From contig CBDBCY010000002.1 in NCBI GenBank assembly GCA_965203555.1, positions 32,001-96,000 on the forward strand: DNA of 64,000 nucleotides, in the 5' to 3' direction. The notes beneath the pieces are model-generated. The model was not told the origin of the DNA, searched no databases, and was given only the letters and a program-made list of their open reading frames with translations. This stretch comes from Acidimicrobiia bacterium (GTDB lineage Bacteria > Actinomycetota > Acidimicrobiia > Spongiisociales > ZC4RG35). Made by a program: the position numbers and the translations under genes. This document shows positions 36,924 to 46,294 of the stretch, one piece after another (position 1 is the first letter of the stretch; every line of letters starts with the position of its first letter).

Positions 36924-39900
36924 ATGTTCTTGAAGTCCATTGCTTTGACCGGGTTCAAATCCTTTGGCGGACGTACCACGCTGGAGTTGGATCCGGGGAT
37001 CACGGTGATGGTGGGCCCCAACGGTTCGGGGAAGTCAAACATCGTGGATGCGGTGGCCTGGGCGACCGGCGGGCAGTCCACCCGCGGCCTGCGAGCTGAT
37101 CGATCCGATGAGTTGCTCTTCTGTGGCGCCGCCGGCCTCCCGCCCGCTTCCCGGGCCGAGGTCACCCTGGTTTTTGACAACGGTTCCGGCCTGCTGCCCG
37201 TAGATCGTCCGGAGGTCTCCGTCACCCGGCGTTTCCACCGGTCGGGGGTGTCGGAGTTCGAGATCAACCGTGCTCCCTGTCGCCTGATGGACATAACGGA
37301 ACTGCTGGCTGAGGCGGGACTGCGCCGCAGCCGCTACGCCCTGCTGGGACAGGGTCAGGTGGAGCAGGTACTCAACGCCTCTTCCACCGAGCACCGCAAG
37401 GTCCTGGAGGAGGCGGCGGGGGTGGGCAAACACCTGTGGCGGCGGGACCGGGCGGTTCGGAGGCTCGAGTCCACGCGGTTGGACTTGGATCGAATCGAGG
37501 ACTTGATTGCCGAGAAGAAACGCCGTATGCGGCCGCTGCGCCGGCAGGCCGAAGCCTTGGGGCGTTATACCCAACTGGTCGAGGAGATCAAGTCTCTCCG
37601 TCTCTACCTGGAGGGGGAGAAGCTGGCCGAAATCGATGGGCGACTCGAGGCCGCGGTTGGAAACCGGACACTACTGGAGGAGGCTCGCTCGGGAGCGGCG
37701 GTCGAGCGGGAGCGGTGTCTTGTTGCGTTGGCCGAGGTCGAGGCCACCCGGGAGTCGCTGCGCTCCGCGTCGGCTGCGGACAGGTTGCGGGACTGGGAGA
37801 TGGTTTATGAAAGGATGCGACGTCTATCGGAGGTGGCCGCATTGCGGGCGAAGGAGCGGGAACATCGACTGCAGGCCCAACAGAGGCGACTTGCCCTGGA
37901 CCGGGAGCGGCTCGGGCTGGAGGAAAGTGTGGCGGAGATGGATGGATTGCTGGAGGCCGCCCGGGCGGATGTCGAGGAGTCTCGGATCGGGGCGGCCCGG
38001 TTGGTCGAGGAGGAGCAGAGGCTTTCTGCCATGCGGGGTATGGACGCCGAGGGGGAGATTGGAGGGCTGCTGAGCGAAAAATCTGCTTTGGAAGCCTCCG
38101 TCGATCGGGATCGCAAGGAGTTGAGGATCGTGGAATCCCGGCTTGCGGAGTTGTCGTCCGCCGCAGAGAAGACTCAAGCCGAACAGGCGCAGATACAAAC
38201 GCGGATGGCCGGGGACGAGATGGAACTGCGAAAAGCGGAAGATGAGGTCGAGGAGGCCAAGAAGAGGCTTGCTGATGGCCGGCTCGGCCTGCGCGCCGCC
38301 GAAACCCGGGCTGCGGAGGCCGGAAACGTAAAGGGTGAGGCTTTGGGCAGACTGGAGGCTGCCCGGCGCACCTTGATGCTGGAGGATCCCCGCCGAAGAA
38401 AGACGGTGGAGAATCTGACGGGATGGACGGGATGGGTTTCGCAGTTGCTGGAGGTCCCTCGTGAGTTGGCGGCGGCGGTGGAGGCGGGACTCGGGAAGTG
38501 GGCCGAGGCGGCGGCTTTCGAGGGTCCGGTGGCGTTGGGAAACGCGGTGGAGCGGGTGGGATGTACATCCGGCGTGGAAGGTCCGGTCTTGATGGTGAGC
38601 TCCCGCTTTCCCGGCGGAGGCCAAAGCCCGGCTCGCACGGTGGCCGGTTCCCGCAGCAAAGTGACGCCCCTGGTCGATCTGCTGACCGGGGATGAACCGT
38701 CCGCCCTGGCCGCTCGCCTCCTGGGTGATGTGGTGCTGGTGGAGGATTGGCAGAGCGGTTGGGAGGTGGTGGGCAGTCATCCGCATCTGCGGGCCGTCAC
38801 TCGTCAGGGAGACCTGATCACAGGACGCGGGGTAGCTCTGGGTGGCGGAAATCGTCTACCCGACTTGACGGCGGCGAACAGCAGGGCCGAGGAGGCGACC
38901 GCGGCTTGTCGGGTCCTGGAGAAAGAGGCGGAGCGTTTACGTTCCGAAGCTGAGTTGCTGGAAGCGTCCCAGGAGCGAATGTATATGAATCTCAATCAGC
39001 GGCGCCAGCGGTTGCTGGAGACCAGGCGGGATTCCGAACGGCGCCTTGCCCGTCTGCAGGAGATCTCACGGGAGAAGAAGCGTCTGGTAATGCGCCGCGA
39101 CGCCATTGTGGATGGAAATTCTGCATTCAGTGCTCGGGTAGCCGAGTTGGAGAATCGGATCCGGCGTCTGCGAAGGGGAGGGCATGAGGCTGCGGGGGAG
39201 GCGGAGCGTGCGTCTTTGCGCCTGGAAGAGGTGTCCCGCGCCCGGGTGGTGGCCGAGGAGGAATACCGATCCAAAACCGTGGCTCTTACCAGGCTGGGAG
39301 AACGACGTCGGCTGGAACAGGCCCGGTTTGAGCGGACGATGGTGGAATTGTCTCGGGTGGCTCGCCTGCCTCAGGAGGACGAGGGTTCCGACGACCTGGC
39401 CGAGGAAGTAGCGGAGATTGCCTCCGACGCCTTGCAGATCCTGGCTGCCCGCCGGGAGGGCATCGCCGAGTCGGACCGGGCTGCCAGGCAGCGGATGAGA
39501 GAGTTGGAGTCGGACGCGGCGAGGGCAAAAGCAGCCATTGACCGCGCTGATCGGACCGAACGCCTGGCAACCCGGGAGATGGAGGAGGTGATCGCGGAGA
39601 TTTCCCGGCTGGAGGCGCGTCGTCAAACCACCATTGAGGGCCTTTGGGAAATGGGCGCCGACCCGCAGCAGGCCCTCGAGGCGCCGAAGCCCGAACGGGA
39701 GAACCCTGCCGCCGCTTTGGTGGCTCTGGTGGCAGAGTTGGATCGCACCCGGCCCATCAACCACTACGCCGCCGCAGACTTGGCGGTCCTGGACGAAGAG
39801 TTATCGCAGTTGTGTGATCAACACGGCGACATCGTCGAATCGGATCGGCGGTTGGGCAAGGTCATTTCAGAGTTGGAAAAGGAAGCCGGTGAACGGTATA

Positions 39901-40388
39901 TGGCCACCTTCCGGGAGACCGCTGCGGCATTCGAGCAGACATTCGGGCAGGTCTTCCCCGGCGGCCGCGGACGTCTTCGCATCTGCGATCCGGCCGACCC
40001 CCTGGGTTCGGGAGTGGAGATCCACGCCCGGCCGCAGGGCAAGAGAGTGTCGCGCCTGAGCCTCTTGTCGGGAGGGGAGAGGGCGCTGGGGGCCCTGGCG
40101 TTTCTCTTCGCCTTGATGAAGACCCGCCCATCTCCGTTTTATCTGCTGGATGAGATGGACGCCACCTTGGACGCCGCCAACCTCCACCGGGTGTTGGGCA
40201 TTGTGCGGGAATTGCGATCCCAGGCGCAGATCCTGATCATCACTCACCAACCCCAGACCGCCGAGTTCGCCGAGGTCCTCTATGGGGTGACCATGCCTCC
40301 CGGAGGGACCACCCAGGTGGTTTCCCGCCGCATGGACCGAGCCGGGACCGATATCGGGAAGTTGAGCCCCCAGGCCCGATCGGCCTAG
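36924..40388 (+). CDS. smc: Chromosome segregation protein SMC
   Basis: GFKSF, GPNGSGKSN, hinge region, LSGGER, LLDEMDATLD, ITHQ. Confidence 0.95.
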   Translation: MFLKSIALTGFKSFGGRTTLELDPGITVMVGPNGSGKSNIVDAVAWATGGQSTRGLRADRSDELLFCGAAGLPPASRAEVTLVFDNGSGLLPVDRPEVSVTRRFHRSGVSEFEINRAPCRLMDITELLAEAGLRRSRYALLGQGQVEQVLNASSTEHRKVLEEAAGVGKHLWRRDRAVRRLESTRLDLDRIEDLIAEKKRRMRPLRRQAEALGRYTQLVEEIKSLRLYLEGEKLAEIDGRLEAAVGNRTLLEEARSGAAVERERCLVALAEVEATRESLRSASAADRLRDWEMVYERMRRLSEVAALRAKEREHRLQAQQRRLALDRERLGLEESVAEMDGLLEAARADVEESRIGAARLVEEEQRLSAMRGMDAEGEIGGLLSEKSALEASVDRDRKELRIVESRLAELSSAAEKTQAEQAQIQTRMAGDEMELRKAEDEVEEAKKRLADGRLGLRAAETRAAEAGNVKGEALGRLEAARRTLMLEDPRRRKTVENLTGWTGWVSQLLEVPRELAAAVEAGLGKWAEAAAFEGPVALGNAVERVGCTSGVEGPVLMVSSRFPGGGQSPARTVAGSRSKVTPLVDLLTGDEPSALAARLLGDVVLVEDWQSGWEVVGSHPHLRAVTRQGDLITGRGVALGGGNRLPDLTAANSRAEEATAACRVLEKEAERLRSEAELLEASQERMYMNLNQRRQRLLETRRDSERRLARLQEISREKKRLVMRRDAIVDGNSAFSARVAELENRIRRLRRGGHEAAGEAERASLRLEEVSRARVVAEEEYRSKTVALTRLGERRRLEQARFERTMVELSRVARLPQEDEGSDDLAEEVAEIASDALQILAARREGIAESDRAARQRMRELESDAARAKAAIDRADRTERLATREMEEVIAEISRLEARRQTTIEGLWEMGADPQQALEAPKPERENPAAALVALVAELDRTRPINHYAAADLAVLDEELSQLCDQHGDIVESDRRLGKVISELEKEAGERYMATFRETAAAFEQTFGQVFPGGRGRLRICDPADPLGSGVEIHARPQGKRVSRLSLLSGGERALGALAFLFALMKTRPSPFYLLDEMDATLDAANLHRVLGIVRELRSQAQILIITHQPQTAEFAEVLYGVTMPPGGTTQVVSRRMDRAGTDIGKLSPQARSA

Positions 40389-40501
40389 CTAGCTAGCGCT
40401 GAGCATCTGACGGAGTTTGCAGGTACATTGAGTGGATAGGCGACTAGGCCCCTGATTGCGTTCTCAGATAACGGAAGAAACCCTCAAAGGGATGGTGAAA
40501 A

Positions 40502-41113
40502 GTGACCGAGGATGACATGGTTGGGAGCGACGATTCCCGATTGTTCTCGATCGGCCACTCCAATCAACCGTTCAAGGGCCTGGTGAGGTTGTTGCAACAG
40601 CACCGGGTGGAGGTGGTGGCGGACGTGCGAACGTCGCCCTACTCGAGGTACAACCCGCAATTCAACAGCCGTGACTTACGATTCGGTTTGAAAGAATCGG
40701 GTATTCGGTATGTCTTTCTTGGAAAGGAACTGGGGGGACGTCCCGAGGAGGCCAGGTTCTACGACTCTGATGGACATGTTCACTACGGACGGGTGGCGAA
40801 GACGGATTGGTTCCAGACCGGCCTGGATCGGCTCTGTCACGGGACGACGCAGTTCAGGACAGCCATTCTGTGCAGCGAGGAGGATCCGGCTGAGTGTCAC
40901 CGCTTCCTTCTCATTACGCGCGCTCTGAGCGACCGGGGGGTTGCGGTCGCCCACATTCGGGGTGACGGTTCTCTCCAGAGCACGAAGGAGATTTCCGCAT
41001 TTGATCCTGAACACAAGGTTGTTTCTCTATTCGGAGAGGAGGTGAGGAGTTCATGGAGATCTACACGATCGGTTTTACCAAGAAATCGGCAGAAGAGTTC
41101 TTCGAGACATTGA
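40502..41113 (+). CDS. DUF488 family protein (long)
   Basis: LFSIGHSN, VADVRTSPYSR..PQF, ELGGRP, LCSEEDPAECHR. Confidence 0.88.
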   Translation: MTEDDMVGSDDSRLFSIGHSNQPFKGLVRLLQQHRVEVVADVRTSPYSRYNPQFNSRDLRFGLKESGIRYVFLGKELGGRPEEARFYDSDGHVHYGRVAKTDWFQTGLDRLCHGTTQFRTAILCSEEDPAECHRFLLITRALSDRGVAVAHIRGDGSLQSTKEISAFDPEHKVVSLFGEEVRSSWRSTRSVLPRNRQKSSSRH

Positions 41114-41490
41114 GACAGAACAGCATCGAGCAGCTGGTCGATGTGCGACGCCACAACACCTCGCAGTTGGCCGGGTTCGCCAAGAAGCGCGATCTTGTCT
41201 ATTTTCTCCGGGAGCTGCTGGGAGCGGACTACCGTCATGAGGAGGATCTCGCCCCTACCCAGGAGCTTCTCAAGGCCTTTCGAGCGAAAGAGTACACCTG
41301 GGACGAGTACCAGGAGATCTTCTTGGAACAGTTGTCGGAGCGCAGGGTCGAGGAGGAGGTGGCACGGGAAATGTTCTCGCCGAAGACCGTGCTTCTGTGC
41401 AGCGAACCGACTGCCGATTTCTGCCATCGGCGACTGGTGGTCGAGTATCTGGACGCCTCTTGGGGCAGCGTCCGGGCCGTCCACCTGTAG
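41053..41490 (+). CDS. DUF488 family protein (short)
   Basis: IYTIGFTKKSAEEFF, VDVRRHNTSQLAGFAK, LAPT, LLCSE...CHRRLV. Confidence 0.88.
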   Translation: MEIYTIGFTKKSAEEFFETLRQNSIEQLVDVRRHNTSQLAGFAKKRDLVYFLRELLGADYRHEEDLAPTQELLKAFRAKEYTWDEYQEIFLEQLSERRVEEEVAREMFSPKTVLLCSEPTADFCHRRLVVEYLDASWGSVRAVHL

Positions 41491-41501
41491 GAGGCTCGCC
41501 G

Positions 41502-42194
41502 ATGCGTGTCCTGATCAACCATCTGACCCGAATGAAGCGCCCCTACGTGTGCGTGGCGGGGGTCGGCACCGACGGTTCTCATGTCCGACCGGTGCTTGAG
41601 AGTGGTCAACTGGGGAGGGACCTGCTGCGCAGTGAGGGCGGACCCTTCACGCTGGGAGCGGTAGTGGACCTTGGCAATACCCGTCACCGTCCGGGTCATC
41701 CCGAAGAAGAGGACTTGGTGTTCCGCCCGGAGTTGATAAAAACGGAAAAGATGCTGACGCCGGCCGAGTTCGCAAAAGTCATGGACCGGTTCGCCAAGTC
41801 CTCTCTGGGAGAGATATTCGGTGACGACCTAGTCCAACTGGGCCGTACCGCGGCAGTTCCCAAGGGCGCGGGAATTGCTTCCTTGGGCGTGTTCCGGGTA
41901 GAGGGCACCAAGCTCTCGCCAGAGGAATTGGAAGATGGCAGAATCAGGCTGATCGTTGCAGATCCCGATCTGGGGGAAATGTCTTTGCCGGTGACCGACA
42001 TCCGATTGTGGGAGCCCGATCACAAGACACCCGTGTGGTCCAGAATCGAGGCAATCCGGCCTGTTCTGGAAAAGAGATGCCTGTTGGCCGTAGGACTCAG
42101 CAGGGCTTTCCCGCCCGACTCTCCTGATTCCCGGCACTGGCTGCAGGTGAACAACATCTTCCCGATCGATGATCCACTCTGGGCGAGGGAGTAG
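41502..42194 (+). CDS. Dual OB-fold domain-like protein
   Basis: LTRM...CVAG...HVRP, HPEE.D, SLG, LPVTD, VGLSRAF...HWLQVNNI; AGGAGG RBS. Confidence 0.65.
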   Translation: MRVLINHLTRMKRPYVCVAGVGTDGSHVRPVLESGQLGRDLLRSEGGPFTLGAVVDLGNTRHRPGHPEEEDLVFRPELIKTEKMLTPAEFAKVMDRFAKSSLGEIFGDDLVQLGRTAAVPKGAGIASLGVFRVEGTKLSPEELEDGRIRLIVADPDLGEMSLPVTDIRLWEPDHKTPVWSRIEAIRPVLEKRCLLAVGLSRAFPPDSPDSRHWLQVNNIFPIDDPLWARE

Positions 42195-42436
42195 AGGCCG
42201 GCCAGTGGTGCGGACCGCCGGAGGGAAGAGAAGCCCTCTTCGGCCAAGCGGGATTGGCAAAAACCTTCAGACAGATGGTGATTTTTGTCCCAAGGCCATG
42301 TCGAAGTGATGCTGGATGGGTTCGTTCCAGGGTTGGGGCCCGGCCGTAGTGGCCGAGTTGGAAGATGGCGGGAGGTAACCGTCGGTGATGAGCGGCATGG
42401 ACAGCAGGTCGGGTAGGCGTCTTGGCTCCGTTTGAT

Positions 42437-42920
42437 ACGGAGTTGTAATCACAACCCCCAACTGGTGGAGGACTCTAAATTATGCGTGCGCTTGATCCTA
42501 AAAGTGGTGGAGACGGTGGGAAGCGGTGGAAGGCCGGTTACCGGAACGGGACACACCCATCCCCTGAGATGCCACAACTCCCGCATTCGGGCTCGTGTTT
42601 TGAAGGGATCCTGATCGGGTTGGTGACCGGTTGTTCCCGGGATGACCACCGAACGCCTGTTGGGCGGACGGGTGTCGGACACTACCTTGCGGGGCCGCCG
42701 GGACGAATGGATCAAAGCGGGAGTGTTCGACGGGCTGGTCACCGAAGCGATCGAGGCCTATGAGCGGATCGTGGGTTTGGATCTGAGCGAAACCGCGGTC
42801 GATGGGGTGCCGGCAAAAGCCCCACTGACCGGGGGAAACTGGGCTGGAAGTGGTCTCCTTTTTTGACCGATCGCAACGGCATACCGGTCAGATGGGCGAT
42901 CGGTGGCGCCAACCGACTCT
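42437..42920 (+). pseudogene. IS5-family transposase remnant
   Basis: Fragments in several frames: MRALDP.., HPLRCH..RI, LVTGCS, VSDTTLRGRRDEWI.AGVF, IVGLDLSETAVDG, GKLGWKWS, TDRNGIP..W...GANR. Truncated; boundaries approximate. Confidence 0.75.
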
Positions 42921-43091
42921 CTATGAAACCCGGGGGATTCATTGGGCTTCCCTCAGATCGTAGAGGGTTGTTTAGGTTGTTTGGTATCGGCCTGCGATGA
43001 GCCTAGCCGAAGTCGGGCGATCCATCCAACCGCCAAGCTGATCTTCCTATTTAGTGTTTGTTTTGACAACTTGGTGTTATGTGGCATTGTT

Positions 43092-43113
43092 TGTCACACC
43101 CCTGGTGCATACT
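43092..43113 (+). promoter_or_regulatory. Putative PafBC/RecA-NDp-like leaderless promoter
   Basis: TGTCAC-N10-CATACT, 7 nt before ATG 43121. Confidence 0.5.
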
Positions 43114-43120
43114 GGTATGC

Positions 43121-44371
43121 ATGAACAGAAAAGACATGAACGGAACATCGGTGGCCAACCGGGTGCGCCTGTTGGTGCCTTCTTTGCCGGTTTCGGAGGC
43201 TTCGTTGGAGCAGTTGCGCAAGCGGTTAAAGTCGACTGTCCGTGTTCAGAATCAGGCGGCGGCGATCCGCGCCGAGATCGTGTCGGAGTTGCGCCGCCGG
43301 GAAGGCACCGAGGTGGTAGAAACGGTGTTACAAACCGACGGTCTGCTGGGCCGTCGGAAAGCACGGTCAGAAGTAGAAACCGCCAAAGCATTGGAGGAAC
43401 TACCAAAAACGCGAAAAGGGTTACGCAAAGGTGAGATCTCCCACGACAACGCGCGGATCATCGCCGGCGCCAACCAGCGGGGAGAGATCGACGAGGACGA
43501 ACTGTTGGACGATGCCCGTTCCCAGTCTCCTGACAAGTTCGCGGCGACGGTCCGCAAACACGAACAGGCCCGTGCCCGAGATGATGGTGTTTCGAAGTTG
43601 GAGCATCAGCGTTCGCGGAGGTTCGCCAGGATCACCACCGACCAAGACGACGGGATGACCGTCCTTTACGGCCGGTTCGATCCGGTCACCGGTGCTCGGG
43701 TGGAAACGGCCGTGTCACACATGATGAAACAACTATGGCACAAAGAAGACCCCCGGAACCGGGCCACATCAGGACAGAGAATGGCCGACGCCTTGGCCGA
43801 ACTGGTGACCCGGGAAGGAAAAGACGGCCGGTCCCAGGATGTGCGCCTGTTGCTGATCGCCGACTACGACACCATCAATCAACAACTGAAAGATGCCCGC
43901 CTGGGGGACGGGACTCCCATTCCCGCCCGGGCGTTTCGTCAACTGGCCTGTGACGCTCAGATCCTGCCCGCCATCTTCTCAGGGTCTTCGATACCCCTGG
44001 ATCTGGGACGGGCCAGACGCAAAGCCAGCCCGGCCCAACGCTCCGCGCTCATCGCCCGCGATCAACACTGTGTCGGCTGCGGAGCCAAAGCCGCCTGGTG
44101 CCAGGCGCATCACATCGTCCACTGGGCCGACGGAGGCCCCACCGACCTGGACAACATGTGTCTGCTGTGCAGCAGATGCCACCACAAAGTACACGACCAA
44201 AACTGGACAGTACACCAGTCACCGGCAGGAACCTACAGCCTCCGCCGACCACCCACCCAATGGGGACGCCCACCCCGCCAACCCACCTCTTACCGCCGCT
44301 ACCCCCGCAAACGCCGACCCAACCGCCGCTACCCTCGCAAACGCCGACCCACCATAAAACAACGAAAATAA
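43121..44371 (+). CDS. DUF222 domain HNH endonuclease, copy 2
   Basis: Close paralogue of 8257..9471 with long identical stretches; HNH and CxxC motifs intact. Confidence 0.9.
   Translation: MNRKDMNGTSVANRVRLLVPSLPVSEASLEQLRKRLKSTVRVQNQAAAIRAEIVSELRRREGTEVVETVLQTDGLLGRRKARSEVETAKALEELPKTRKGLRKGEISHDNARIIAGANQRGEIDEDELLDDARSQSPDKFAATVRKHEQARARDDGVSKLEHQRSRRFARITTDQDDGMTVLYGRFDPVTGARVETAVSHMMKQLWHKEDPRNRATSGQRMADALAELVTREGKDGRSQDVRLLLIADYDTINQQLKDARLGDGTPIPARAFRQLACDAQILPAIFSGSSIPLDLGRARRKASPAQRSALIARDQHCVGCGAKAAWCQAHHIVHWADGGPTDLDNMCLLCSRCHHKVHDQNWTVHQSPAGTYSLRRPPTQWGRPPRQPTSYRRYPRKRRPNRRYPRKRRPTIKQRK
44292..44351 (+). repeat. 30-bp tandem duplication in HNH tail
   Basis: ACCGCCGCTACCC(C/T)CGCAAACGCCGACCCA twice, encoding RRYPRKRRP twice. 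Confidence 0.9.
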
Positions 44372-44824
44372 ACAGACCACTTCCCCCGACTCTCCACCCC
44401 CTCCGACACAGCCGTAGAATCCCCCCGGTTTTCCCACTCTTGCCCCGCGGCATCACCCTCCTATTTGGGTTTCCCCTCCCGACCCGCCGCCTCCTGACCG
44501 TCACAAAAATTCGGATAGGCGCAGGCCTGCCCGAACCCGAAACAAACCAGTATTCGGCTAGATAGTCCACTCTCGGGGACACTGTCAAACCAGCGTCTCG
44601 ACCGAGAACAAGACCGATCTGATGACCGCGGTCCGGACCGCACATTCATGTTTGTCCATTCAATATGCAACAGACCTGAGACAAAATACAAGCATTACAC
44701 AGCGAATTCTCAAAGAAAATATCGCGAATCTCAACAGAATTTCCGCACTTTAGTGTCAGATTTCGCGATTCTGTCCACATAGGAAGGTTTCCGACCTACC
44801 AAAGGGGAATTAAACTGAAGGAGA

Positions 44825-45790
44825 GTGGGTTGGCTGACAGGCTGGCGGAGGAGACGCGGGTCTTCTGAACGGGGGAAATCTCGTACCCGGGTGGATCCGA
44901 CCGTCTCCGCCCTGGCCAAGACACGGCAGGCTTTGTGGGGGGTGTTCCGGTCGATAGCTGGTGGTGACCGACTGGACGGGGACTTTTGGAACGGATTGGA
45001 AGATGCGCTGGTGGCGGCCGACATCGGCGTGGAGCTCTCCGTCGAATTGGTGGAGGCGGTGCGTAGGGGAAAGCCGTCGGATCGCGCCGGCGTCCGGGCC
45101 CTGCTGGCCGAACGGATGCTGGCGCTGTTCAGCGAACAGGACCGTAGCCTGGACTGCTCCGGTAACGGTTCTCCGGGGGTGGTGATGGTGGTGGGGGTGA
45201 ACGGCGCCGGCAAGACCACCACCGCGGCAAAGATCGTTCATCTGCTGACCTCCCAGGACAAGGAGTGTCTGCTGGGAGCGGCCGACACCTACCGTCCGGC
45301 GGCCCAGCAGCAATTGGGCGCCTGGGCGCGGTCACTGGGAGTGGATATGGTGGGAGGTAGGGAAGGAGCGGATCCGGCGGCGGTGGCCCGCGACGCCTGG
45401 TGGGCTGCAAAAAACCGGGGTCGGGAGGTGGTCGTGATCGACACGGCCGGGCGCCTTCATTCCAAGACCCATCTGATGGACCAACTGGAGAAGATGAAGC
45501 GAGTGCTGGTGAAGGCGGCCGGAAAGGTGGACGAGGTGCTGCTGGTTCTGGATGCCTCCACCGGTCAGAACGGTCTGGCCCAGGCGCGGGAGTTCTGCGA
45601 CCGGGTGGGTGTGACCGGGGTGGTTCTGACCAAACTGGACGGTACCGCCCGGGGAGGGGTGGCTGTGGCGGTGGAGCGTCGGCTGGGCGCACCGGTCAAG
45701 ATGGTGGGTACCGGTGAGGGCCTTTCAGATCTTGCCCCGTTCTCGGCCGACACTTTCGTGCGCGCCCTGTTGGAGGAGGATTCCCGATGA
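44825..45790 (+). CDS. ftsY: Signal recognition particle receptor FtsY
   Basis: GVNGAGKTTT, AADTYRPAA, DTAGRL, DASTGQN, TKLDGTARGG. Confidence 0.95.
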   Translation: MGWLTGWRRRRGSSERGKSRTRVDPTVSALAKTRQALWGVFRSIAGGDRLDGDFWNGLEDALVAADIGVELSVELVEAVRRGKPSDRAGVRALLAERMLALFSEQDRSLDCSGNGSPGVVMVVGVNGAGKTTTAAKIVHLLTSQDKECLLGAADTYRPAAQQQLGAWARSLGVDMVGGREGADPAAVARDAWWAAKNRGREVVVIDTAGRLHSKTHLMDQLEKMKRVLVKAAGKVDEVLLVLDASTGQNGLAQAREFCDRVGVTGVVLTKLDGTARGGVAVAVERRLGAPVKMVGTGEGLSDLAPFSADTFVRALLEEDSR

Positions 45791-46209
45791 CAGACCCCGG
45801 ATTCTTGGTCGAGAAGGCCCGCCAGGCCGGCCTCAACTCCTACTCTCCGTATTCGGGGTTCAGGGTGGGATCCGCCCTGTTGGCAGAGGACGGCGCGGTT
45901 TACACCGGTACCAATGTGGAGAACGCAGCCTATCCGGTCTCCAACTGCGCGGAGGTGACTGCGGTCAACACGGCGGTGGCAGCCGGGGTAAGGAGGATCG
46001 AGACGGTGGCAGTGGTGTGCCTCGACGCGGGGTCGATCGACGATGCCTACCCGTGCGGAGGGTGCCGGCAGGTGATGAACGAGTTCGGCGTGCAGACGGT
46101 GCTGGTGGCCGCCGGCGACGGTCCTCATCGTGCACATGCCCTCTCCGAGTTGTTGCCGTATGGATTCTCGGGTGAGACCCTTTTGACACAGGCGCCGGCC
46201 TGCAAGTGA
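45787..46209 (+). CDS. cdd: Cytidine deaminase
   Basis: YSPYSGFRVG, NVENAAY...CAE, PCGGCRQ. Confidence 0.93.
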   Translation: MTDPGFLVEKARQAGLNSYSPYSGFRVGSALLAEDGAVYTGTNVENAAYPVSNCAEVTAVNTAVAAGVRRIETVAVVCLDAGSIDDAYPCGGCRQVMNEFGVQTVLVAAGDGPHRAHALSELLPYGFSGETLLTQAPACK

Positions 46210-46294
46210 GGAATCCGACCAGCGGGACGCAGGTAGAATTCCGGGAGTCGTCACCCCCCTCTACGGGGTCGAAAATCGGGCGGAAGGAATCCCC

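Noticed and set aside
36924-40388. SMC as part of a Wadjet/Mks defence system
   Set aside because: Canonical LSGGE/DE motifs, a hinge and the rnc-mutM-smc-ftsY context indicate housekeeping SMC; no jetABD.
42267-42430. Possible C-terminal scrap of another transposase (IS1380-like) on the minus strand
   Set aside because: Only a vague resemblance (LLSMP...QPW...FDMALG); too degraded to support.
46210-46294. ZMP/ZTP riboswitch upstream of glyA
   Set aside because: The conserved GACTGGCG...GTGG/CCAC...GCCTGGGC elements are not present.
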